Shown here piece after piece: positions 44,534 through 54,102 of a DNA stretch of 59,554 bases. Numbering within the stretch: position 1 is the first letter of the stretch; each line of letters begins with the position of its first letter. Source of the DNA: Promethearchaeota archaeon (lineage in GTDB: Archaea > Asgardarchaeota > Lokiarchaeia > Sigyniarchaeales > SOKP01). Location: NCBI GenBank assembly GCA_019894885.1, contig JAGXNP010000002.1:1-59554 (forward strand). The letters are read 5' to 3'. The position numbers were made by a program, and so were the translations under genes. The notes under the pieces were generated by a model. It did not search any database and was not told the origin of the DNA. It was given only the letters and a program-made list of their open reading frames with translations.

Positions 44534-45703
44534 ATGTCCAAAAAATCACAAATATATGTTGTGAAAACATCCCCTAAAACGGTTTTAGAGGATTATAAGA
44601 AATTAATGCATTTAGCAGAATATAATAAGCATTACGATAAAAAATCTAAAAACATACTAAAATTAAATTTAAGCTGGTCAAAATTTTTCCCATCATGTTC
44701 TAGCCCCCCATGGCAAGTAGAAGGAGTCATTAAAACCATGCTGGATGATGGTTACGAACCAAAAAATCTCTTTACCGCTGAAAATCGAACTGTGGTGACC
44801 AATATAGAAAAGGGATTAAAAGGAAATAAGTGGAGACCAATTATAGATAAATATGGAGTATGGTTCATACCTTTAACTAGAATTCCTTTTGTACCGTATG
44901 AATCCCTAAAGCACCGATTTGTTACCTTAAAAAATAAGAAATTAAACGTTCTAGATTCGAAAATATTTCCAGAAGGATTTCAAATTCCGGAATTTTACGT
45001 AGGAAAGCCAATAATTCACTTGCCCACAATGAAAACTCACGGTCATACAGGAGCAATTGGAGGTTCATTAAAACAAACAAAGGAAGAATTAAAGAATGGG
45101 GGGATAACATGCGCTATGAAAAATGCTTTTGGAGGGTTATTGACGAAGAGAAGGCATTTTAGTCATCAATTTTTGTCTGAAGTTCTAGTAGATTTATTAA
45201 TAGTTCAAAAACAAATTCATCCAAACATAATGGCAATAGTAGATGGAACTGTATGTGGAGATGGAGCTGGACCAAGAACAATGATTCCTCGGATTAAAAA
45301 TTATATCCTCGCTGGATACGATCAAGTTGCTGTTGATACTGTAGTTGCAAAAATGTTAGGATTCGAGCCATTAAAGCTTCCTGCTATTAAATTAGCTCAC
45401 GAAGAAGGATTAGGATGTGGTGATTTCGAGGATATTGAGATTATTGGAGAGGACGTATCGGGAATAAATTGGAATTTCAAAGTTAAACGAAGTTTAATAA
45501 TATGGGGAGATCAGATGGTTAGAAAAGGGTCTTTACAATTTTTAAATCCTTTATTACATAATAAAATCTTTTTTACACTACCAATTTTAGGATCTTTAGT
45601 ATTTCATGATATGTTATGGTATCCAACAATCGGAAAGAAAAGAGTTAAAAAATTCTTTGGAACAACTTGGGGAAACCTTTTTAAAAATTATCCAAAAGAT
45701 TAG
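44534..45703 (+). CDS. DUF362-domain protein
   Basis: 389 aa. Layout (IYVVKTSP..., LNLSW..., MKTHGHTG..., AMKNAFGGL, VDGTVCGDGAGP, ILAGYDQVAVD) matches my memory of DUF362. Confidence 0.65.
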   Translation: MSKKSQIYVVKTSPKTVLEDYKKLMHLAEYNKHYDKKSKNILKLNLSWSKFFPSCSSPPWQVEGVIKTMLDDGYEPKNLFTAENRTVVTNIEKGLKGNKWRPIIDKYGVWFIPLTRIPFVPYESLKHRFVTLKNKKLNVLDSKIFPEGFQIPEFYVGKPIIHLPTMKTHGHTGAIGGSLKQTKEELKNGGITCAMKNAFGGLLTKRRHFSHQFLSEVLVDLLIVQKQIHPNIMAIVDGTVCGDGAGPRTMIPRIKNYILAGYDQVAVDTVVAKMLGFEPLKLPAIKLAHEEGLGCGDFEDIEIIGEDVSGINWNFKVKRSLIIWGDQMVRKGSLQFLNPLLHNKIFFTLPILGSLVFHDMLWYPTIGKKRVKKFFGTTWGNLFKNYPKD

Positions 45704-46494
45704 AATTTAATTTTTTGATGTCTTTTAGGATTTCATCAACAACATTATCAGTATTAAAAATAAGTTCCTTATCAATACGAATATGCACCAAAAATTCAAT
45801 TGACCCTCCTTTACCTAATAAAGGAGACGTGATCAACCCTTTAGGATATAATAAGTTCAATTTGCTCCATTCGATGAATTCTCTCAAAATTTCTCTTAAA
45901 TATTTTCAAATCCTTTATTATTTTAAAGCTTTTTTCCTGATGAAAATTGGTTTCAAAGAGAGGTTTAACTAAAACTATTACATCTCCATCTTGATTTAAA
46001 AAATTCTTGATATTTGGGAGAACTGACCTAAGTGAAGAAAAGGTTAAATCGACAGTAACAATATTTATTTCTTCTGGTAATGACTTTAGTTCCCTTGCAT
46101 CAACTCCAAACAATTCTACAACCTTATCATCTTTACAAGTTAAAGAAGGATGAAGTAAGTTATGACCTGTATCAACTGTATAAACTTTTGAAGCACCGTA
46201 TTGCAACAAACAATCTGTAAATCCTCCAACTGATGCACCAATATCGACGCAAATTTTTTCCTTAACATCGATCGAAAAGCTATTGAGCGCCGCTTCTAAT
46301 TTTATACCTCCCCGTCCAACATAAGGAAATTTTTTAGTAAGTTTGATTTTCGAGTTAATTTCAACCTTTTTGCTAGGTTTTAGAATTTTCATATCATTTA
46401 CTAGAACATAACCACTTTTAATTAACCATTGTGCCTTGGTTCTGCTTTCTACTAATCTCTTCTCCACTAATACAATATCTAAGCGTTCTTTCAT
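45681..46494 (-). pseudogene. tlyA: TlyA-family 16S/23S rRNA (cytidine-2'-O)-methyltransferase, interrupted by a 1-nt frameshift
   Basis: N-terminal S4 domain plus SAM motif VDIGASVGGFTD in frame A (46494-45841). The conserved C-terminus SPLLGKGGSIEFLVHI is in frame B (45887-45681). Removing one A from the AAAA run (minus strand, + coords 45903-45906) gives a continuous 270-aa ORF reading ...DLKYLREILREFIEW... Confidence 0.7.
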
Positions 46495-46615
46495 CTCTTT
46501 AATCTTAAAAATCCAAATTTATAATTCTAAATAATGAGAATACCAATAAATCTAGTAATTTTGATTCTTTAAAAATAATGAGATTTAAATCCTTAAAGTG
46601 AGAATTTAATTAACC

Positions 46616-47125
46616 ATGTATTCTTCCTTAGCTGAAAACCTTTTTTTTAGTCGAATCATCAATATTAAAAAGAAGTTTCTAAATCAAGAATTAAAATTTT
46701 TAAAACTCTTCCTTGAGACGACAAACATATTTCCAGTGAATGTGATACTGATAGATAGTTTTGTTTTCTTTTTTGTAAAATCAGGAGACTACTTCACAGC
46801 TAAATCTCATTTAAATAAATTACGGCATATTATCAAAAGTAGAAAAATTTCAGTTATTAGGGCTGAAACTACATTAATTAAATTAATTTTCAGCTTTTTT
46901 GATGATATTTATATTCATAATGTAAGAACGAACGAGAATTCGAAAGGAGAGATAGTAGAAGTATTATTTTTAAGCAACAAAGATAGAGCCATTGCAGTGG
47001 GAAAAGAAGGGAAGTATATAAAAACTGTAAACTATCTATTTAAGAATTATATATCATTAAAAAATCCTGTCAATAAAACTGGAAGCGTTCCGTTGGAGGT
47101 AAAATGTAGCCTCACTTCCGTATGA
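46616..47125 (+). CDS. NusA-like double KH-domain protein (archaeal NusA homologue, tentative)
   Basis: 169 aa. The second KH has AIAVGKEGKYIK (GxxG). The first repeat region (FLKLFLETTNI...FFFVKSGD...) resembles archaeal NusA but lacks a clean GxxG. Confidence 0.45.
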   Translation: MYSSLAENLFFSRIINIKKKFLNQELKFLKLFLETTNIFPVNVILIDSFVFFFVKSGDYFTAKSHLNKLRHIIKSRKISVIRAETTLIKLIFSFFDDIYIHNVRTNENSKGEIVEVLFLSNKDRAIAVGKEGKYIKTVNYLFKNYISLKNPVNKTGSVPLEVKCSLTSV

Positions 47126-47137
47126 ATAAAGTTAATG

Positions 47138-48241
47138 CTATTTTTTTTCTTTTTCCTTATTTTGCTCGATTTTATATGCTAATTTGGAACTGATTTTACC
47201 TAATAAAGCCTTTAACGACGCTTTCCAACCCCACTTTTTATATAGTTGTCTAAGAACCAAACTGAAAATTAGAAATGTTGATACTACAGCAATCCAAATA
47301 GTTACCAAGTCTAATTTTTGATAAAAGATGAAATATAAGAAATTATGCCCTAAATAGACAGTAAATGAATAATAGGAGAAATAGAAAAATATACGATAAC
47401 TTTTCTTAGTTTTAAATATGTGATATTCCTCAAGAATTATTAAGATCATTAATACTAATAAATCAATTCCGATTGCGTAAAATAACCAAGAAAGACTACT
47501 CCTGGTCAGAAATGATGGAAAGTCGAACAGTATACCGAAGGATATTGAACCTAAACTAATAACACTTATAGGAACAATTATCTTCTTTTTTAAAAATCTC
47601 CTCTTAAGTTCAGGAAGTTTGTTGTTTTTAATGTTATATATAATGTCACCAAAAACACTTCCAAAAAGAAAAAATGAGAAAAAATTGAATAATGGATCTT
47701 GACTATAATCGTTGTAAAAAATATGATAAAAAATCCCTTGAAGACTTAATTGATCTTTATATGGAAAGAGTAGTACATAAAGATACTGACTGGTAAACCA
47801 AATCACCACACCAATTAAAATTCTTGTTATTTTTGAAAATTTAAATAATGGCCACATTATAAACAGTGAAAAAGCAGCAGTCATAAGCACAAACCACGTC
47901 CAAATCCATGATAACCAACCCTTAGTAAGAGCTATTGCAGTATTATAGATCATCGCTATTATTAGTAAAAAAAACGCCCGTAGAAAGTAAGATGTCTTTA
48001 TCCTTGAATAATTTAGTTCATTACTTTCCTTAACCCGAGATAATCTGTTGCGGTAAGATAGAGTTATACTAACACCCGATATAAATAAGAATCCACCGGC
48101 TCCAATGGGATCAAATATATAAAAAGTAAATGTTCTTACCCAAAGATATTCTGGTTTAATCCACCATTCTATTAAATGGCCGAGAAACATCCAACTCATA
48201 CATAATCCGCGAAAAATATCAATACTTTTGAGTCTTTTCAT
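47138..48241 (-). CDS. DUF1624 / heparan-alpha-glucosaminide N-acetyltransferase-like membrane acyltransferase
   Basis: 367 aa, ~10 TM. N-terminal KRLKSIDIFRGLCM...GH signature of DUF1624. Confidence 0.75.
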   Translation of the reverse strand: MKRLKSIDIFRGLCMSWMFLGHLIEWWIKPEYLWVRTFTFYIFDPIGAGGFLFISGVSITLSYRNRLSRVKESNELNYSRIKTSYFLRAFFLLIIAMIYNTAIALTKGWLSWIWTWFVLMTAAFSLFIMWPLFKFSKITRILIGVVIWFTSQYLYVLLFPYKDQLSLQGIFYHIFYNDYSQDPLFNFFSFFLFGSVFGDIIYNIKNNKLPELKRRFLKKKIIVPISVISLGSISFGILFDFPSFLTRSSLSWLFYAIGIDLLVLMILIILEEYHIFKTKKSYRIFFYFSYYSFTVYLGHNFLYFIFYQKLDLVTIWIAVVSTFLIFSLVLRQLYKKWGWKASLKALLGKISSKLAYKIEQNKEKEKK

Positions 48242-48297
48242 TAATTTTAAAAAAAAATTTGTGAATTAAACTTTAGTATTTAGAATTTAATTCTAAA

Positions 48298-49395
48298 CTA
48301 ATTAAAATTTTTTCTATTATCGATTAATGTAGCAATTCCCAGACTCAACCTACCTATTTGTGCTTTTATGGAAAAATTAGAGCCGAATTTGTTATAGATA
48401 CTCCTCAAGGCAAAACCTATGATGAGTATTGTTGCTGACATATAAATCCAAATGTTAAATGGATACAAACTATCTAAAAATAGAAAATATAATAAATTAT
48501 GTAAGAGGTATACTGTAAAGGAGTAATAAGAAAAATAAGAGAGAAATCGGTAACTTTTTTGAGTATTAAGCATTCCAATTTCTTCTATTCCTAATATGAA
48601 TGCAAACATTATTAATTCAATTCCTAAAGAATAAAAAAACCAAGAAAACGTTCGATGATGTAAAAAGTTTGGAAATTGAAAGATAATCCCAAATACTATC
48701 AAAATTACTCCTGATATTAATGAGGGAATTAGAAAATTTCTTTTAAATACTTCTCTATTAACCATTTTGTTATCATCTGAATATAAATCGTAAAGAACAT
48801 CTCCTATAACAGTACCTATAACAAAAAATGTAAAAAACGATAATATCGGGTCTAATTCCAGGTTATTGTACAATACATAATACAAAACGCCAAAAAGATT
48901 ATTCTGACCAACATATCCCAATAAAAAAGTTATTAATATTTGGTTTAGAAACCATAAAATTATTCCAAAACAGATTCTAAATACCTTTGATGTTTTAAAC
49001 AACGGCCAAATCATAATAAGAGAAATTGAAATTGTAAGAAGAATAAACCAATTCCATATTATAGATAGATCATGAAATATTAGTGCAACAAATGTGTTAT
49101 AAAGCAAAGAAATTATTAAAATAAAAAAAGCTCGAAGGAAATACTCGTTTCTTAGAGTTTTTTTACTGTAAGATTTCGATATTTTAGCCTTTTTAGTTCT
49201 GTTTCTATACGATAAAATTGCACTTACTCCAGAAAGAAATAAAAAGGCTCCCGATCCAAATGGATCTCCAATTGCTCTATATATATCAAAGAACCACATG
49301 CCCTCTTGAGTAAGGTACCACTCCGTCATATGACCTACGATCATATGCACCATGCTTAATCCGCGCAGTATATCGATCGTTTTAAATCTTTTCAA
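48298..49395 (-). CDS. DUF1624 / HGSNAT-like membrane acyltransferase (tandem paralogue)
   Basis: 365 aa. KRFKTIDILRGLSM...GH. Colinear with the neighbour along its full length, roughly half the residues identical by eye. Confidence 0.75.
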   Translation of the reverse strand: MKRFKTIDILRGLSMVHMIVGHMTEWYLTQEGMWFFDIYRAIGDPFGSGAFLFLSGVSAILSYRNRTKKAKISKSYSKKTLRNEYFLRAFFILIISLLYNTFVALIFHDLSIIWNWFILLTISISLIMIWPLFKTSKVFRICFGIILWFLNQILITFLLGYVGQNNLFGVLYYVLYNNLELDPILSFFTFFVIGTVIGDVLYDLYSDDNKMVNREVFKRNFLIPSLISGVILIVFGIIFQFPNFLHHRTFSWFFYSLGIELIMFAFILGIEEIGMLNTQKSYRFLSYFSYYSFTVYLLHNLLYFLFLDSLYPFNIWIYMSATILIIGFALRSIYNKFGSNFSIKAQIGRLSLGIATLIDNRKNFN

Positions 49396-49502
49396 TTACA
49401 ATATCCCCAAAGTCCAAGTGATATAGATAGAAATAATTTTTAAAATCTTATTAAGTGTAATTTGATGAAATTATTCAAAATTATTAAATTTTTCAGCTAT
49501 AC

Positions 49503-50357
49503 CTAATAATATCTTATTTCATTAATCAACCGAGTAGATTCTTTAAGTGAAATTTCACCGTATAAGACTTTTTCAGCAATTTCTCCAAGCATATTTATGT
49601 TTTCGTCAATCTTTTCAAAATCCCTTTTGAATACCCCTTCATTTTGTAATTTATTTAATCCTTTTTGTTTATAAATCGAGGTGTAATTTTTCTTGTTTAC
49701 TTCAATACCTTTCCTAAATGCTAAAATTAATGCCGAGATTTCATCTTTAGAAAAATTTCGTTCTTTTTGTTTTTTAATTATTCTCATTTTCGAGGATTTG
49801 TATTCATTAATTAAAAATATATTAACATTCTTTCTCCCGTGTAAAATTTTAAAAATATTTTCTATTAATTCATATGTAAATGATGATACACCCATTCCTA
49901 ATTTAAAAGTTAACTCCATTAAATTTGGATTGCTCTCTTGAAAAGTATGAATATATTTCCTTATAGCTACCAATAAATCGTCTTTTTCATAACAACAAAA
50001 AGAATCTAAATAATAATCATCTAAAAAAATCATCAATCCAATTTTTTTTCCCGGATCGATTGAAAAAGTTAAACTTAAGTAGTTATTTTTAGATTCTATA
50101 CGATAAGCTGCAATTACTCTTAGTAAATATAGTTCGATTTTCTCGCCTTTCGAATATACAAGAAATTTTACCTTAAGATCTTTATTATAATACTTTTCAA
50201 ATTCATCCCGCGTTGTTAAGATAATGGATGGAGTGTTTGGAATTTTATTTCCAGGATTTAATATTTCAGCTTTAATTCTTTTTTCAATTAATCTTTCATT
50301 TATTATATAAAAAAAGTTCAGATTCTCTGTTAAGATATATAAAGGTTGATTTCTCAA
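49503..50357 (-). CDS. Hypothetical protein with possible RNase H-fold (RuvC/YqgF-like) nuclease domain
   Basis: 284 aa. SLTFSIDPGKKIGLMIF resembles the first acidic strand (IDPG) of RuvC/YqgF-like nucleases, and a later INEYKSSK resembles the E-containing strand. Weak call made by eye only. Confidence 0.35.
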   Translation of the reverse strand: MRNQPLYILTENLNFFYIINERLIEKRIKAEILNPGNKIPNTPSIILTTRDEFEKYYNKDLKVKFLVYSKGEKIELYLLRVIAAYRIESKNNYLSLTFSIDPGKKIGLMIFLDDYYLDSFCCYEKDDLLVAIRKYIHTFQESNPNLMELTFKLGMGVSSFTYELIENIFKILHGRKNVNIFLINEYKSSKMRIIKKQKERNFSKDEISALILAFRKGIEVNKKNYTSIYKQKGLNKLQNEGVFKRDFEKIDENINMLGEIAEKVLYGEISLKESTRLINEIRYY

Positions 50358-50399
50358 ATTAATTATATAAATTAAAGAAACAATTAAAAATTTCTAATT

Positions 50400-51092
50400 A
50401 TGAAATTTCCCCTAACTGAAGTAAATGAGTTCTTTAAACCTACTGATGCCAAAGAGAGAATCACTTCATTATGGGGAGATTTTGGTGTTGGGAAAACTAC
50501 ATTATCACTTCAAACAGCTAATATATATGCTTTCAATAAAAAAAAAGTGCTTTTCATATACACAAAACCAAATCTTCCATTCAAAAAAATTAATGCTGTG
50601 TTTGAAAACAATTTAGAGGATGTTTTAGAAAATATTTTATTTATTCATACCATGAATTTTGACGATATATTCAATTTTATTTTTAATTTGGAATTTGCGG
50701 TTCTAAATGATTTAAAAACTAAAAATGGGACATTTAATTTAATAATTATAGATTCTATGACAGATTTATATCGATTAGAATTAAATCATGAGAAAAAAGG
50801 AAAAAATTTTATTCTGAATTATAGACTAAATCAATTGTTAGCTAATTTAGTTAATTTAAAACAAAAGTATGAGATAGGGATATTGATTGTAAATGAAATT
50901 AGTAAAAGAACTCAAGAGGGGCAAACTTACGAGGTGGAAAGCGGTGGTAATGTAATGCAATATTGGGTGACAAATTCTATCAAAATCGAACGAACAGATG
51001 TAGCAAACAACCGAAGGTTAATTTTACATAGGGGAAATGATAATATCTCATTTCTACTAAATTCTATGTTAACTAAACGCGGTTTTGAATAA
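50400..51092 (+). CDS. radB: RadB-like recombinase paralogue (RecA/RadA superfamily ATPase)
   Basis: 230 aa. Walker A GDFGVGKTTLSLQ, Walker B LIIIDSMTDLYR. Colinear with Pyrococcus RadB (GPYASGKTTLALQ ... VVVDSITAHYR). No N-terminal HhH domain. Confidence 0.75.
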   Translation: MKFPLTEVNEFFKPTDAKERITSLWGDFGVGKTTLSLQTANIYAFNKKKVLFIYTKPNLPFKKINAVFENNLEDVLENILFIHTMNFDDIFNFIFNLEFAVLNDLKTKNGTFNLIIIDSMTDLYRLELNHEKKGKNFILNYRLNQLLANLVNLKQKYEIGILIVNEISKRTQEGQTYEVESGGNVMQYWVTNSIKIERTDVANNRRLILHRGNDNISFLLNSMLTKRGFE

Positions 51093-51173
51093 AAAAATAT
51101 AAAAGATTTTCAATTATAGCTCATTATTTTAATTCGAGAACTAAAATATAGAAACACCAAATGAGTTGTTTTA

Positions 51174-52166
51174 ATGAGCGAGAGAAAAGAAAATATAAAA
51201 TTATCAAAATGGTTGGATAGTGATATTCCACATTCGTTTTCAGATAGAGACGAATTAATTGAGATTATTGAAACAATTGCTGAGGCAACGATTCCCATAA
51301 GGGGTTTGTTAGAAAGGGGAATAACTTCACGCGAAATCGAACAAAGAATGGAAATTGAAAATGTAGAAAAGCAGACTATCAATCTTTATGGGGAATCCCA
51401 AATTCATGAGGATGTATTAACTCATAGCATTATCCTAAAAGCACTTCAAGATTGTGACGTCAATTTTCTATTTGTTGCTTCTGAAGAAGCTGAACCTGTT
51501 CTAGGTAGTGGGAAGTTTGGAATTACAATAGATCCCGTAGACGGTTCATCTAATGTTATAGTTAATAGAACCGTAGGGACGATAGTGGGAATATATAATG
51601 AAATGGGAACTATTATTTGTAGTTTCTATGTTCTTTATGGGATTTACACTAACTTAGTTTTAGCTCTTAATGGTAAAGTTGCAGAATTCATTCTGGATAC
51701 CTCCCCATATAGTATGACTTTTTACCATTATATCTACCAAGAAATAAAGCAATTACCAAATCAAGAAGTGGGAGGTATTAGATGTCTGGGAGGTGATTCT
51801 TCAAATTGGTCAAGTAAATATATCGCTTATCAACAAGCATTAATTAATCATGATTTTAAAGATCGCTATAGTGGAAGTTTTGTAGGGGATTTCCATGCGA
51901 TCTTAACCTATGGCGGAGTTTATGCATATTTTCCTTTACCGAAACCTAAAATTCGTATTTATTACGAATGGCTTCCACTAGCATTTATTATTAAGACTTT
52001 AGGAGGAGAATTTTATATTATCGATAGTACTGATAATGATGAAAAAATTAAAAAAATTGAAAGCATTGAGCCGTTAACCAAAGAAAATGTCTATACGATT
52101 CATTCGATAACTTCTGGGGGGATTTTAGGGAGCAAAAAGCCAGTTAAACTTTATAACTCATCATAA
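51174..52166 (+). CDS. fbp: Fructose-1,6-bisphosphatase, class I
   Basis: 330 aa. VASEEAEPV, ITIDPVDGSSNV, VGTIVGIY, RYSGSFVGDFHAILTYGGVYAYFP and YEWLPLAFIIKTLGG match class I FBPase blocks. Confidence 0.85.
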   Translation: MSERKENIKLSKWLDSDIPHSFSDRDELIEIIETIAEATIPIRGLLERGITSREIEQRMEIENVEKQTINLYGESQIHEDVLTHSIILKALQDCDVNFLFVASEEAEPVLGSGKFGITIDPVDGSSNVIVNRTVGTIVGIYNEMGTIICSFYVLYGIYTNLVLALNGKVAEFILDTSPYSMTFYHYIYQEIKQLPNQEVGGIRCLGGDSSNWSSKYIAYQQALINHDFKDRYSGSFVGDFHAILTYGGVYAYFPLPKPKIRIYYEWLPLAFIIKTLGGEFYIIDSTDNDEKIKKIESIEPLTKENVYTIHSITSGGILGSKKPVKLYNSS

Positions 52167-52220
52167 ATTAACAATATCTTTCTAAATCAAGAATAAATAA
52201 ACAACGAAAGAACATCAAGT

Positions 52221-53444
52221 ATGAAATTTGAAGTAACTCGTCTTAAAAGGAATAATTTTATATTAAAACAAGAAGGATTAGCCAAATTATATTTATATAA
52301 GGACGATAGTGTTATTATTCCCTCTAAATCGATGAAGGTGTTTTATAATGAAAAAATGGAGATAAATAGAGACATCTCACTCTTGGCAATAAAAGCATAT
52401 AATAACATCATTAACCAAGAATCATTAGAAATTGTTGATAGTATGGCCGCGTCTGGGGTGACTTCTTTAAGATTATTAAAAAATTCTATAAATATCGAAA
52501 AAATATACATAAACGATATTAATCCCGTTGCTGTTAAATTAATTGATAAGAATCTAAGACTGAATGGTATTGCCTCTAACCGAATCGCCCTTTCTAATAA
52601 AGATGCTAACTTATTATTTGCTGAAATTTCACAGAAAAATCGATTGCCTGATGTTATTTCTATTGATCCCTTTGGTACACCCAATGTTTATGTTGATACT
52701 GCTTTTAAAGCAATAAAAAAACATGATGGATTATTGTGTATTACTGCAACTGACACAGCAGTTTTATTCGGAGTAAGACCAAAAGCATGTGTTAGAAAGT
52801 ATATGTCTAAGCCAATTCATTCAGAATATTGTAAAGAGGTTGGAGCTCGAATTCTACTCTATTTCATATCAAGAATTGCGAATATTAACAATAATGGCAT
52901 AACACCCCTTTTAACATTTTATTCTAATCATTTTATTAGAGTGTTTGCTCTAACATACAGTGGGAAAACGAGAATTCAGAAAAATTCGTTAAATAGCTAT
53001 GGATACCTAATCCACTGTAATAAATGTGGGTATCGAACTACTGTTAGTGAATATAGATTAGGAAATCCCCATGTCTGTCCGTTATGTTTAAACAATGACC
53101 ATTTATATTACTCTGGACCTTTATGGATAAAGGAAATCCACCAAAAACCTTTTTTAGATGAAATTATACAACTCAATGAACAAAATGCAATCGGTAACAA
53201 AAAACGGATTGAAAAACTCATCAATTACGCCCTTCAAGAAATTGGTATGCCCATTTCCTATTATAACCTCCATAAACTCTGCCAAAAATTAAAACTCTCG
53301 TCTATTCCCAAACTTGATAATTTGATAAATCTAATAAAGGAAAATGGGTACACAGCATCAAGGACTCATTTCGATTTTCTATCATTAAAAACCAATATGA
53401 GAATAGAGGATTTAAAATCCTTACTATTAAAAATTGAAAAATAG
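52221..53444 (+). CDS. trm1: tRNA (guanine26-N2)-dimethyltransferase Trm1
   Basis: 407 aa. VDSMAASGVTSLRL, IDPFGTP, Cys4 zinc motif CNKCGY...CPLC. Confidence 0.85.
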   Translation: MKFEVTRLKRNNFILKQEGLAKLYLYKDDSVIIPSKSMKVFYNEKMEINRDISLLAIKAYNNIINQESLEIVDSMAASGVTSLRLLKNSINIEKIYINDINPVAVKLIDKNLRLNGIASNRIALSNKDANLLFAEISQKNRLPDVISIDPFGTPNVYVDTAFKAIKKHDGLLCITATDTAVLFGVRPKACVRKYMSKPIHSEYCKEVGARILLYFISRIANINNNGITPLLTFYSNHFIRVFALTYSGKTRIQKNSLNSYGYLIHCNKCGYRTTVSEYRLGNPHVCPLCLNNDHLYYSGPLWIKEIHQKPFLDEIIQLNEQNAIGNKKRIEKLINYALQEIGMPISYYNLHKLCQKLKLSSIPKLDNLINLIKENGYTASRTHFDFLSLKTNMRIEDLKSLLLKIEK

Positions 53445-53459
53445 GTTCGACTTATAAAA

Positions 53460-54098
53460 ATGCCAAAGAGCTCAGAGGAACACAGAAATGAGGCAGTATA
53501 TAGAAAAGCAAAAAAAGAAGGATATCGGGCACGGTCAGCATTTAAATTACTTGATGTTCAAAAAAGATACAACATTTTCAAAAGAGTTTTTTATATTTTA
53601 GATCTCGGAAGTGCTCCTGGTTCTTGGCTTCAAGTAGCTAAACAATTCAGTGAATCCAATATTGAAAAATATAATGATAATTATTATCACCGAGATCATT
53701 ATAAAATTATGGGTGTAGATACTAAAAATTTAGCCCCTATTGAAGACATAAAAATAGTTAAAATGGATTTTACCGCTCCCGAGTTTCAAGTAGAGATTGA
53801 TAATTATTTCAATAGAGAAAAACTTGATCTCATTCTTTGTGATGCTAGCATTAATAAATCAGGAAATAAATTTAGTGATCAAGCAAGGCAAATTAAACTA
53901 TGTTACAATGTCCTTGAGCTTAGAGAAAACCTCAAAATCAAAGGAAATTTCTTATTAAAAATATTTCAAGGAGCAGATTTCGAGAATTTCTACAAAAAGA
54001 TGAAACAACATTTTATGGTTGTGAGAAGTTTAAAACCTAAGTCATCTAATAAAAAAAGTAACGAAATCTATTTAATTGGTTTAAAGAAGAAGTATTAA
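53460..54098 (+). CDS. rlmE: 23S rRNA (uridine-2'-O)-methyltransferase RlmE/FtsJ
   Basis: 212 aa. YRARSAFKL, DLGSAPGSW, CDAS, and the K-D-K-E catalytic layout. Confidence 0.8.
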   Translation: MPKSSEEHRNEAVYRKAKKEGYRARSAFKLLDVQKRYNIFKRVFYILDLGSAPGSWLQVAKQFSESNIEKYNDNYYHRDHYKIMGVDTKNLAPIEDIKIVKMDFTAPEFQVEIDNYFNREKLDLILCDASINKSGNKFSDQARQIKLCYNVLELRENLKIKGNFLLKIFQGADFENFYKKMKQHFMVVRSLKPKSSNKKSNEIYLIGLKKKY

Positions 54099-54102
54099 CA
54101 TT

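Noticed and set aside
45715-45972. 85-aa plus-strand ORF opposite the tlyA frameshift region
   Set aside because: It is antisense to recognisable TlyA coding sequence in both frames and is an artefact of the AT-rich antisense strand.
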